NCBI GenBank assembly: GCA_010909165.1
Contig: MU008201.1
Span: 124,001 to 188,000, forward strand
Origin: Anthoceros angustus
Taxonomy: Eukaryota > Plantae > Anthocerotophyta
DNA length: 64,000 bases
Reading direction: 5' to 3'
The translations under genes and the position numbers were made by a program. Shown here piece by piece: positions 1 through 12,970 of the stretch (its first letter is position 1; every line of letters begins with the position of its first letter). The notes under the pieces are model-generated. The model was given only the letters and a program-made list of their open reading frames with translations, did no database searches and was not told the origin of the DNA.

Positions 1-1074
<1,074 letters not shown>

Positions 1075-1891
1075 ATTTCTTTAGTGGCGGTGTCCTAATT
1101 TTTAGCACTCGGGGTAATTCCATACGGCGAGAGTTGTCATCGCGGGGACCCGAAATTAGGTTGGACATTTTGAAGCAGCTGTCCTTGAGGATCCTAGATG
1201 GGTCATTTGTTCGAGTATGATTAGTGTTTCTTTGCCCTCCGATATATGGATTCGTTGCGCTGTGACTGTAAATTGGTCCTTGGGTCTTGCTGTCTTCCTG
1301 AAATCAAATCCCAGTCTGTTACGCTGCTGCATGGGACCTGCAAGCAACGCGTCTTTCCATCGAGGAACTTCACCAACATCTGATAGCCAGGCACAGCGAC
1401 GCCATTACGCGACCCGATCACGCTTTCGGCTCTGTTCCGGTCCCTGGGCTTCCAAGATTTTTGCACAACCCTCTTTAATCATTATTTTAAGTTACGGGAA
1501 AGAAAAACAGGCGGAAGTGCAATCAGACTCAAGACTCGTTTGACCAGGCACCTACCTAGACATAAATTTTCGATTCCATTATTTTACGATCCCTGTTCAC
1601 AACCCTTCCCAGCACGGTTGGATTCGGCGACGTTTCATTTCCCCGCATACATACCTAGAGAGGTTCTTAATAAAATCTGACATGGCCAAGTCTAGTTCGT
1701 TTGCCGGTGTACCCAGGGGCTGCAGTCGGAGCTGTTGCGGTTGTCATTTCTTCTAGAAACGTCAACCACGGCTCCCGGTAATTAGGTTGCCTCCGATAAG
1801 AAGCATAGGAAGCCAACCACATCTGTCAATCGACCGGGGCGAGTGACAGAAAGATAGTCTCGTATCAGCACTCGCAGTAGAAAAGGGACGT

Positions 1892-4800
1892 TCAGGCACT
1901 CGCCACAATACTTGGATCGATGCTCCTGCCTATCGATGGTACTTTGCCACTCCTTCGGGTGAGAGATCGTCTGCTGGTATTGCGGACAAACTCGTTGCTG
2001 CTAGAACCCGCTTGTGGGGCGGGAGCAGGCTTCGTCTCGGAATGTCCGGAGATTTTCAAAGCCCCGGTATCATCTTGTTGCCAATGCACTTCGACCATGA
2101 GTCCATAGGGCGCGTCTGCTGATTCTGTGCCTGGTAGGGCGACAAACTGGGCTCCAATTGGGACCTGCAAGCCAACACACGGTTAAAAAACTGGTGTAAC
2201 AGCTGTCTGGTTTAGACTCCCGTCATCTCTCAAACAAGACTACCTGAACGCTTTGTGTTGGTGTTAGAGCTAGGAGCTCGTAACGCCCTTCAACCGTTGC
2301 AGTTTCCAGCTCTGCTTGTCGCGCAATGTTGAGAAATACTTCGTCAAGTGTGGTCAAGCTGAGCTGAATGTCCGTGACTCCTAATTCCTGTTCGCGTTCA
2401 TGCAGACCTAAGAAGAACTCCTGCATAAAGGGACCAATCACGTCAGTCTACAGTGTTATAATCTTAGCTCGTAATGACTATCATGTGGCAAACGAACCGT
2501 GAGCTTGGTCTCGAACTTGCGAGGAACGATGAAGGAGATGTAGGCTTTGTTCTCCTCAGATGGAACCACACCCAATCCCTGTACGTTTTGTGGCATCATC
2601 ATCAGAACTGTTCCTTCTCATGTTCACATCGGAACCAAATTATCGTGCTGTAAACGATCAGAAGACAAGACACTTACATCCAAAAAATACTTCCGAACAT
2701 TGGTTCTCCTCCTTCCATCTTCCTCTGGACTTAGGGCTTCCCTAGTTGCCTTTCGGACACTGACGTTCACCACATACCCAGAACCGAATCTTGACTTCAA
2801 GTGTATAGAAGTTCCAATGCACCTCAACTGTCCTTTTGCCATAATAGCAATCCTGTCACCAAGGATGTCAGCTTCCTCCATCGAGTGAGTTGTCAAGACA
2901 ATGGCACGCCCCTTTTTAGCAACTTCGATGATGTCCCAAACATATCTTCTAGTGATAGGATCCATCCCTGTGGTCTGCAGAATGGCAGTAGCGCAAAGCA
3001 TGAAGAAGTTTGAACTGGTAAAAACATAGCCTAGCAACCGGCTCAAACACAAAACGGGTGGGGCTGCGTTACCGGTTCATCCAGAAAAACAATCTTTGGA
3101 TCTCCAATGAGTGCGATTGCAACACTAAGGCGCCGCTTCATGCCCCCGCTAAAGCTGCCCGATCTGACGTTGGCTGCATCCGATAGCTTCACTTGTGCTA
3201 ACAACTCGTCTGCAACCTGTTTCATCATACAAGAAAACGTCTCAGCACAAACCAGGTCCAAAACGACAACTCTAGACAACCTCCAATCAAATCAGCCCAA
3301 TCATCAGTGAGTGCGTTAGTGAGTGGGATGTGGAAAAAAAGCAAGAGAACTCCACTTGCCGATTTTATGTCCGATCGAGGAATCCCTTTAATATTTGCAA
3401 ACAGATACAAGTGCTCCCGGCCAGATAGCGACTCCCATAGAATATCGAACTGTTAAGCAAATCAATGTTTCGTCAGATATAACCTCCTCCAATTTCCCAT
3501 GACCACACATATGTTGAACAGCACAGCGGGGACATCATATGCAAAACTCTACCTGAGGACAAACGCCCATAAAGCTCCTTATTCGAGAAATTCCAGCTGG
3601 ATCCCGAATGGATTGACCGTAGATGAGACCTGAGGAGAGAACACTTTCATCACTGAGACTGGCATGAAACACAGCTGACTCCTCCCAAACAACAAAAAGC
3701 CGAAATATTGAACACGGTACGCACCATCTCCAGAGGTGGTAGGGATAATTCCTGTCAAACAATTTATGGTCGTGGTCTTTCCAGCACCATTCGGACCCAG
3801 CAAACAAAAGAGCTTATCTTTCTCAATGTTGAACCATGTCCCCTATTGCACCACAGAGAGATACGATGGGTAAGCACCCCGACCTTCTGCATTCGCACGC
3901 ACACCTAATAAAATCCACTAATCATTCCTGGCATCGAATGTTACCATCACGTTATTCGCAAAAAGAAATGGTGGCATCACATTTACCTTCACTGCATGAT
4001 ATGCTGGAGTTCTCGTGCACTTGCAACATCCTAGTGTTGAGACTCCAGGGAAGGTCTTCACCAGCCCTCGTACTTGAACAGCAATATTCGGGTCATCTGC
4101 TTGGGCAGGAGGCTGCTGCTTGACCAGCTCCTTTTCAGCTAGGACGTCCACATCTTCAGGATACTCAGAAGAGAGCACAGGAGGCAAGGTGCTAGTGCAA
4201 GAGCAACATCCACCACCTGCATGCCTACCCGTTAGAGGTGGCACAATCGAGCTTCTACGACTGCTCCTCAACCTGATTTGAGGAGAAACTTGCAAGAAGG
4301 AACCCAGACCAACCTTCGGTAGCGTTGTTGGCTCTGCCAGTCCAGTAAGATGGCCAAACGAAGTAGAAGCAGGACTTTCTGACACCATTCACATCAGGCA
4401 GTATATTGTCAAAGTATATAGCTAAAACGAACCAAACAACGAACAGTGCGAGAAGCCAATTGTAGATAGCTCCCTGCACAAGATCAACACGTATGAATGT
4501 CAAGACGTATGCCATTTCCAACCATGACTAGACGGAAGAGGTTCGATGACATCACTCCGCACCATGGTGATTGCACAGCTCGTGTTTTGCTCGTAACAAT
4601 CATATCGGCGAGACCAGCTAATACCGTTGTCTTCTTTGGTTGCAGTAGCCTCCCCTAAGTGAGAGAGCCCTATGGCTAGAAGATTTGGGGGAAATAATGA
4701 CCACACATTTTCGATGCTTTTGGGGCCAGAACCGTATGGAAAGCCGAAAGCTGTCACAAGCTACAACGCCACCAGTCATCAAGAAGTCAGGTCTCGATGT

Positions 4801-6406
4801 CAGAAGGTGATGAGAACTCCACATAAAAAATTCCTCTAGATGTAGTGATCGCGGTCTCCTTGTCATACCTGTGTTAGGAACCCCACAATGAAGACGAAGA
4901 AACCAGCAGTTGTGGCAGATGAAGCCTTGCTGATGAATGTTGAAATCATGAAAGCAAACCCCGTCTGCATATTAACCTTCTGTCACTCCAGAGCTTCAAC
5001 GTAGCACACACGGAAGTCCCCAAATTGCTGAGAGTAGAGATTTCTGAAAGGTTTTCAGACCAAACGTACCATATTCACTTGGAACAGGAAAAAGAGGAAG
5101 AATAACACTAGGAAGTCGTTGTTGAGGAAGAAATCGAACTGGAAAATCATGCCGAAAAAAACCAGAAGAAGCGAGGAAACAAGTGCCAAAGACACCTCCC
5201 ACAGTAACCACGTAAGCCAATAGGCAGAGTCGATAAGGCCCATCAAAGACATTGCCTGCATTTGATGCCAAGATGAACTCATCAAAATCTGCTTGCTTGC
5301 CAGACCATAAGCAATAAAGACAATAGGTAAAGGGCAAGAGCAATAACCTGGCGCAGCTTCAGCTCCCGCTCTGTGACAAGGTTGCTGATCTGTATCACAA
5401 ATCCAAACATGGCTGCTGCCAGCAAGAACGTCGGACCGATTGTCCCTACTGTGGAAAACGTGTCTATTGCTGGGTGGGCGAATTCTGTAAACCTCACATC
5501 CCATCCCAACTTGTCATCTGCAAACAGACATCTGGAGTCAGAAATCTGCAGCACGAGCAGCGAAGACAACATCCAGGAATTATCAACAACAGAGGACCAG
5601 CTACCACACCATTCGCTATGAAACGAGCGATCTCCCTCTCAGCAGCAGCCTGCAGAGGCATCCGGAACTTGAAGATTTGATCCTCATATTTCCCCCGCTG
5701 CTGCTTAGCCGTGGAATTGGTCTGGATTCCATAAGCGATGACATTAGGTCCGTACTCTTGGAAGTGCAAGGCTCCCGGAGTTCGCATTGTGTTACTCAAC
5801 AACCAGCTGTCCACATCACCAGGTGTTGCAAACCCCATCACCTACACGAAGATAGGCCGAGCTCAGTACGACTGACTGAAACGATGCCATAACGAAAATG
5901 CACTTCATCCACGACAACTACCAGACCGAAACAAAGCATCACCAATTCCGTCACCAGCACCTCACAATCAATTACACACCCGTGCCGCAATCACGACCAC
6001 GACGTACCTTATCCTTCGGAATCGGCCGACCGGGATTCTTGTCCCTAATATGCTGCACGATAGTCTGTATGTTCATACTCCCATTCCCGCTATACAGAAA
6101 ATCATAGCACGGCTTTCCAGCCTCACTCTTGATGTAAAAACCAGATTCACAAGCCGGGATAGGCGTAATAGCCTTCGCCTCCGGGTTCCTCACATTCTTG
6201 AACCCCGTAGTGTTCCTGTTAGCGGCCTGGATGGCCTTGTCCACAGCGAAGATGAGGAAAATGAAGAAAAAAGACGCAGCCAGCTGCAAGAAGGTGGCGC
6301 GCTTGTTGCGGATCGACAGAATAGAATTCTTCTTCAACAGAGCGCCACATTGCTGCCAGAAGAGGCGCAGCCCCGTGGTCCTCTGGCCACTCCCCTGGCC
6401 GACCAT
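1892..6406 (-). CDS. Half-size ABCA transporter (Arabidopsis ABCA2/ABCA9 type), multi-exon
   Basis: N-terminus [27 protein letters not shown]...ATFLQL; Walker [12 protein letters not shown]; signature [20 protein letters not shown]; Walker B VFLDEP; [14 protein letters not shown]; C-terminal [14 protein letters not shown]...MVEVHWQQD typical of plant ABCA2-like proteins. Confidence 0.95.
3217..3359 (-). other. GC-AG intron in the ABCA gene
   Basis: PRSDIKS is followed by GCAAGT. The next exon begins after CAG with [11 protein letters not shown], and this join keeps the frame. Confidence 0.7.
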
Positions 6407-7089
6407 TTCACCTCCGGATCCCCAACCTGCTCCCAATCTCAGAGCTGCTCCCTCTGCCCCGCCTCCTTCTCGCAGTGCGCGCAGCAGCTGAGGGAACGCA
6501 CAGGCTTGGCAGGGCCAGCAATCCGCTCGCAGCGTGAGCTCCAATTGCCTTGCGGACAATGTATTCTCGGCTTTCCAATGCGCTGCTCCCCCGGGTCCGG
6601 CAATCAGCCCTTCCCGCCACCTTCGCGGAAGGCAGCCGATCCCGAGCTCAGCATCCCCGTGGTGGCTGTGGCTCGTCGACCGGCTATGCTTGACGGGAAA
6701 GCGAAGGTGTCTGGCGCTGCTTATTCCGGGCAACGGGGAACCGAATCCGTTGCCTTTGGGACTCTGGTAGGTAGGTATACAAAATACTTTTCGAAATACC
6801 TTCACTGGAAATGTGTTAGGTAGTCTATTTTCCGTGGCGGGTCCCACACGGAGCTCCGGCAGCTTCCTTGCATTTTCTGCAGAAACCCCGGGGCATGAGA
6901 GCTCTCCGGGCCTCCGGATGTTCTAGGAATCCTCGACCGCCACAGAGTACATGAGTGAGGCCAGAGGCTATTCTGTCTTACAAGGCGAATGCGGACCCAC
7001 CACTTTTCGGTGGGGTCCACCACCTGCACACCGGGTTCCCTCCGGTTTCCGGTGTCCACGCTCGTCCGCTTGGTCCCCTTGTGATACTC

Positions 7090-7845
7090 GGGGTTCATGG
7101 CGAGTGTCATGCTACTCTGTGAAGGTGAAGAAGAAGAAAGAAGAATTTTAAATTTTATTTAAGTCCACTAAGGACAGATTTCTTTGATGGGATTTGGTAC
7201 TTAACAATTTGTATCATGATATGTTTTAAGCTACTTGCACCAAGGGTATTCACTTCTTTCAAGAATCTCATCTAAGTATCGATCTAAACGTAGGATGCTT
7301 AATTACCTCCGGGTTCATGACCAATGTCATGCTACTCGATGAAGGTGAAGAAGAAGAAGAATTTTATTTAAGTCCACTAAAGATGAATTTTCGTCATAAG
7401 ATTTAGTACTTAATAACTTGTACCATGGTGTGCCTACTAAGCTACTTGCACCAAGGGCATCCACTCTTTTCAAGGATCCGGGTTCATGGCCAATGTCATG
7501 CTACTCGGTAAAGGTGAAGAAGAAGAAGAATTTTATTTGAGTCCACTAAAGACGAATTTTTGTCATAAGACTTAGTACTTAACAACTTGTACTATGGTGT
7601 GCCTACTAAGCTACTTGCACCAAGGGCATCCACTCTTTTCAAGGACCCCATCTACAAGAATTTTATTTAAGTCCAAGAAGGACAAATTTCCGTCATAAAA
7701 ACTTAGTACTTAACAGCTTGTACCATGGTGTGCCTAAGCTACTTGCACCAAGGGCATCCACTCCTTTCAAGGACCCCCACCAAAGCCATCCACTCTTTTC
7801 AAGGACCCCATCTAAGTACCGATCTAAACAGGATGCTTAATCACG
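7090..7845. repeat. About four tandem 170-220-bp copies of a short dispersed repeat with an AATAAA + (TTC)n end on the minus strand
   Basis: Units start CGGGTTCATG at ~7090, 7310 and 7479, plus a headless unit from ~7656. Shared core (GAA)nTTTTATTTAAGTCCACT...TAGTACTTAA...GCTACTTGCACCAAGGGCATCCACTC. Confidence 0.9.
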
Positions 7846-7879
7846 ACGTTCTTATAAATGTGTGTCCATTTGGCCTACG

Positions 7880-8150
7880 CCATGTGGAACACATTGGTGG
7901 CGACTTTCTCCTCCTTAGCCCATCAGTAGGTACCAAAGCCATATGGCTTACTCAGTTGCTTCTGCAAGGGCCATGGATTCCGATCCCGCAGTGAAGTTGC
8001 CAGGCCGATGGCCAGATCGCCGCAGCAACCCCCGAGAAAAACACAATCCCAGAAGTTGAACGCCTGTCATCCAAGCTACCCCCATAGTCCGCGTCGCTGT
8101 AGCCGTCCAAAGAAACGGGTTGAGAGTCCGCTTGTCCACCGCCCAAGACA
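7880..8150 (-). mobile_element. Degenerate Ty1/Copia RT-RNase H fragment
   Basis: LDGYSDADYGGSLDDRRSTSGIVFF, then (frameshifted) TAGSESMALAEATE-AIWL, matching Copia GYSDADxAGxxDxRRSTSG and STxEAEYxA. Confidence 0.85.
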
Positions 8151-8339
8151 CGCTTTGTGTTCCTTTGTCCCTTGCAGGTAACGGAGGACCCAGTGCTGCA
8201 TCCAGGGTTTGCAGAACCCTTGCTCTATGTGTCCTGTCTCCGTGCTGATTTATTTCAGGGAGTAAAAGATTCAAGTTGAACGTTGGACTGGATCCCATCC
8301 CGATCTTGAGGAACAGTGAGGCCCAGCTCCAAATTCCAA

Positions 8340-8660
8340 GACAACATGTCGCTAGGGAGACTATTAAAAACGTGCTCCTGCCGGCAGTCTTGATCACCAC
8401 GTTATGATCATCGGTGGGTTTCAGGATGGGGACGTATTTGAAATGCCTGCCGGCCATAGGTAGCTCGTACCGATATCGATGTTTCCCGAGCAATGCGATC
8501 GGACGGAGCACTACACTTATGTGCCAATGGCGTGCTCCCAAGATTCAGTTCTGGGCTCATCTTGTGATTGTAAATTTGTCTGTCCTGTCCAGCTTCAGGC
8601 AGCTTATACCAGTCGGAATGCCTTTGACTCAGCTGCCGTGTTACAGGAAGTCGCTGTGGG
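8340..8660 (-). mobile_element. Possible L1-type LINE ORF1 remnant
   Basis: WYKLPE...LRPIALLGK..RYELPM...VPI...ATCCLG loosely resembles the DUF4283/zf-CCHC_4 spacing of plant L1 ORF1. Weak, by eye only. Confidence 0.3.
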
Positions 8661-8940
8661 CAAATGTGGACTGCCACCACCAGAATGTCCTGAATTGAAT
8701 TCAGCTCGCAAGACACCATTTTTAAGACCAGTCATCTTGAGACATTCAATTTGACCAAACATTGTGATACAACCATGGCGAGATCTTCATCTTCACTGTT
8801 TAGCAGTAAAGATTGCACATTGGTTTTCATATGCGTCATCCTCAGCTTCAACAGTAATGTTCCGTCCACATGCTCATTCTAGGGGGCGAGTGCAACTGTG
8901 CTGGAGGAGAGTTAAAGCATGTCCATGGAGGAATACTTCC

Positions 8941-9045
8941 AAGCATGTCAATGTGCCTGGGGTCATGCATGTCAATGTGCCTGGGGTCAAGCATGTCAAT
9001 GTGCCTGGGGTCAAGCATGTCAATGTGCCTGGGGTCAAGCAAGTC
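8941..9045. repeat. 24-bp minisatellite, 4 copies plus a partial copy
   Basis: (AAGCATGTCAATGTGCCTGGGGTC) at 8941, 8965 (one mismatch), 8989 and 9013, then a partial AAGCAAGTC. Confidence 0.97.
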
Positions 9046-9136
9046 TTAGAGTGAATGCATGCAATTCTGGTTCACGTCTTCCACAGTTGATGCAGAGATG
9101 CTTGTACACCTGTTGAGAATGTAGCTAGCCCCATCT

Positions 9137-10254
9137 GTGCAACCACGAGCAGGAAACTCGACGTATCCGGGCGTGACAAGCCTGAAGCCATCAGTACAGA
9201 CAATCATATCCGATTTAGACGAAGGACGGCCACTAGGAACCATACCCACTAGGACACATGGACTGACAAGCCGGTTGCAAGCTGCCGGATCTGTGAGAAA
9301 CTACTTCAGGAAGCACAAAAATGGCACACCAGGCTTTCCGGATCCTGATTCATCCACACGAATTCCCATTCATGAAGTAAGTCGCAACCATGGATTAAGA
9401 GGGAATCGGATTGTCTTAGGCTTCCAGAGTGAAGTTTGAAAAATTTTTCATTTGGAATGTTCGACCGCGCAGCATGCTGCTGCATTTCTAGGACCAGCCC
9501 ACGAGAAAATCAAGGGTGTGGAAGTATCCATCAACGTATGGACGCCATTTGTGAATACGCAAGTGGAAGAATTCAGTCTGGCACAGCTTTGGCTTGTGGC
9601 TGGATGGCGTCGAGGACACTTCTCCAAGAAGCTGAGTACCATGGAAGTCGGTTGGCAAGTCTTTAAGGACTTCTACAGTGACTTCAGGCCCAGACTGTTC
9701 ATCTTCTGGACGGTGAGAGAACACAAGATGACAAATCTGGTGACGTAATTTTTCAGGTTAGTCCTCTTCATCTAAATGATCCCTCTGCCTTGCAGGCTGA
9801 TGCGGACCAAACTACGGGATGCTATAATCTGGACTGCCCTGGATTCGTCCAAGTGAGTAACAAGGTTCTGTCGGGGAGATCTTTCAATCTCTCGTCAATT
9901 ACCGACTCCACCCAGTATGAGATCAAGTTGCGGAATTTCAAAGTGAGGAAACCAGCCCACGCTTACATGAATTTGCTTCAAGTCTAGCAGCTTTCATCTT
10001 CAAAGATTGAACGTCTGCAATAGTACTTCTCAGATATTGACCTGTTGAAGTGTCGAATTGTGTGACGCTGTGTATCTAGGATCCAGAAAGCGGAAATTGG
10101 TGGCTGCAGCTGAACGATGAATATGTGGGTTACCGGCCTGATTCCTCATTCGACATCCTGAAGCACCGTGCCACTGCAGTGCTATGGGAAAGAGAGATCG
10201 TGAGTAATGTAGACCCCTCCAATATCACACACACCGTTACCTATCAAATCTGAG
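9137..10254 (+). pseudogene. Neprosin-domain (DUF239) glutamic peptidase gene, apparently C-terminally truncated; 5' end uncertain
   Basis: Exons encode GTIPTR...SVRNYFRK...HE|HA...SINVWTPFV..EEFSLAQLW...TMEVGWQV..FYSDFRPRLFIFWT|ADADQTTGCYNLDCPGFVQ...|DPESGNWWLQLNDEYVGYRP...LWEREIVSN...HTVTYQI*. Canonical GYWP and WGGE are altered and the GSGHF...NI tail is missing. Confidence 0.75.
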
Positions 10255-10429
10255 GAGATGTTCATGGTGCAGGCACGATGGAATCAGAATTAGATTACAA
10301 GTGTGTATGTTACAGCTGATTTTATAGTCACCCCAAAGAGGTGTGACTCTTGGAAAGTGAGGTAGCCTATCTGGTTTGATTATCCTATACTCCCCTCAGG
10401 CCAGACCCGTTAGGCTAACTTGCTGTCTT

Positions 10430-12140
10430 GGTCAGAGAGCACACTAACACCCAGAAGAGCAGCACATGCAAAGTATTTGTCGCGTGGGAGGCTTTTAGTC
10501 AAGATCTCAACCCCCTTAGCTCTGCTGAGCAATACTCAACCCGGCTGCGCACTTTTATGATATTGGAGATCATTGTGCTTGAACCTGGAACTGAATTTCC
10601 GATTGCCAAACAGCGGATTGGTTGTCTATCTTAATGACCATCGGCTTCTGCTGCATCATACCAAGTTCATCAAGAAGCCGATCCTGGATGCTGCTTGGTG
10701 GCGAGCGTAGCAGGCATTAGATTTGGTACAAATACGATAATATTTGAAGCTGCTGAATATACATCAAAAGTTTTTGACGTGAATATACGCCAGAATCTGG
10801 CCAACTTCTCATGGTATTGCTGCCTTTTATGCTGTCAGCATTAAGGTGTGGTGGGTGCATGTGTTCCGCAGTTGCAAGGCTCATGCTTGAGTCAGGCGGT
10901 ATGCAGATGAGGCATCAAGTGTTGTGATCGGTGAATTTTCTCCTTCCCTTCCCAGAGAGTGCTCACCTCCTCTTCCAATTGCCGAGACTGTTTGCAAAGT
11001 CTTCGTCATGATAGTAGTCCGAGACACAACACTTCTCTCTAACACCCTGTCAAACACCTAAGATACATCCATTAAGCTCCTTTGCTTAACAAAAATGTTT
11101 GAGTCATTTCCCCTCTGTATATATTTGTAGTATGAATTTGTCTATCCATTTGGAGTGGCCACAACTTAGCATAACTATGATTGCCATTATCTCATTTTCC
11201 AAATGGCTGCCACATGCGACAAGAAACGCTCGTACATTGAGCATGACCCCTTAGCTCTGCTGAGCAATACTCAACCGGCTGCGCACTTTTATGATATTGG
11301 AGATCATTGTGCTTGAACCTGGAACTGAATTTCCGATTGCCAAACAGCGGATTGGTTGTCTATCTTAATGACCATCGGCTTCTGCATCATACCAAGTTCA
11401 TCAAGAAGCCGATCCTGGATGCTGCTTGGTGGCGAGCGTAGCAGGCATTAGATTTGGTACAAATACGATAATATTTGAAGCTGAATATACATCAAAAGTT
11501 TTTGACGTGAATATACGCCAGAATCTGGCCAACTTCTCATGGTATTGCTGCCTTTTATGCTGTCAGCATTAAGGTGTGGTGGGTGCATGTGTTCCGCAGT
11601 TGCAAGGCTCATGCTTGAGTCGCGGTATGCAGATGAGGCATCAAGTGTTGTGATCGGTGAATTTTCTCCTTCCCTTCCCAGAGTGCTCACCTCCTCTTCC
11701 AATTGCGAGGCATTTGCAAAGTCTTACGTCATGATAGTAGTCCGAGACACAACACTTCTCTAACACCACCTCAAACACCTAAGATACATCCATTAAGCTC
11801 CTTTGCTTAACAAAAATGTTTGAGTCATTTCCCCTCTGTATATATTTGTAGTATGAATTTGTCTATCCATTTGGAGTGGCCACAACTTAGCATAACTATG
11901 ATTGCCATTATCTCATTTTCCAAATGGCTGCCACATGCGACAAGAAACGCTCGTACATTGAGCATGACCCCTGCCTTAGTCATAAAGTGGAAAGGCATTT
12001 TTTTGTAGTTATGTTGAGCATATGCTGCCAATATGGCCGTCAGTGCCACCATGGTACTTTATTAGTACTCTATCATAGACTCCCAAAATACTTTATCATA
12101 CTTGTAGATGACTTAGAGCTTTACACAAGTTCTAACAAGC
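10430..12140 (-). mobile_element. Degenerate Ty1/Copia RT-RNase H remnant containing an internal tandem duplication
   Basis: Minus strand gives YHDEDFANS..KRR.STLG (YSDADF..DRRSTSG), RLLDELGMMQQKPMVIKIDNQSAV, KHNDLQYH and EILTKSLPRDKYF, i.e. the Copia RNase H C-terminus with frameshifts. Confidence 0.8.
10512..11971. repeat. Direct tandem duplication of ~730-740 bp (10512-11250 and 11247-11971)
   Basis: Both copies run from CCCCTTAGCTCTGCTGAGC to GAGCATGACCCC. Differences are mostly 1-3-bp indels. Confidence 0.95.
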
Positions 12141-12819
12141 TCTAAGTCATGTACCTCTGACAGATTGATGCAAGGGGCTCACTTAACTCTCTAAGTCATC
12201 TATCTCGAATGGATCGATGCATGGGGCTCACTCAACTCAATCCCTTTCAATCAATCGAATGCAGTTCTAAGTAATCTATCTCGGACGAATTGATAACACA
12301 TCAAAACCCTATATGTACTAGCCATTAAAAATAAAATACTATAATTATTAAACGTAAAAAAACTTACAGAAAACCTACTAGGTCGGATCCTCCCATCATG
12401 GGGCGTGTCAAGTTCCCTAGTGCCAACCACACGTACATGTAGTACATGTATTTATCACCTTAGTTAGTTAGTTCTCCCGTGAATCTTTGTATTCCTATTT
12501 TAAAGAGTTTATAGATATATAATTATTCTATGTTTCTGTCGTATGATGGGCTAATCTTCTACCGAACCCCCCAATTAGATATATATATAAATATAATATT
12601 TACTATAATATAATATATAATATTAAATATTTTTGAATTTAGAAGTATTTTTGTCTTTAGATAAGACTATTATAAACTCATTGATCATGTCTTGATATAC
12701 TGATAACATCAAAGGTAAAATTGAACAAAAATTATAATATATAATGAAAAATTAAATTAAATTGGTTCAAGTTTAGGTTGACATGTGGATCTCTTTCAAT
12801 CTATTGAAATCTATCAATT

Positions 12820-12970
12820 GCAAGAAGAAGAAGAAGAAGTCTATATCGTATAGTTCACTTGGACAAAATTTTAGTATCATAGGACTTGGTACTTAATAAC
12901 TTGTATCATGGTGTGCCTAAACTACTTGCACCGAGGGCATTCACTCGCTCTAAGCACCCCATCTAAGTAA
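12820..12970. repeat. Dispersed copy of the 7.1-7.8 kb repeat family
   Basis: (GAA)n...GGTACTTAATAACTTGTATCATGGTGTGCCTAAACTACTTGCACCGAGGGCATTCACTC...CCCCATCTAAGTA matches the 7-kb units. Confidence 0.85.

Noticed and set aside
6050-6823. 257-aa plus-strand ORF
   Set aside because: Antisense shadow of ABCA exon 1; no recognisable domain.
8941-9045. CRISPR-like array (24-bp repeats)
   Set aside because: Head-to-tail repeats without spacers in a eukaryotic genome: a minisatellite.
10430-12140. Possible cysteine-rich or defence gene duplicated in tandem
   Set aside because: Minus-strand motifs are Copia RT/RNase H, not a host gene.
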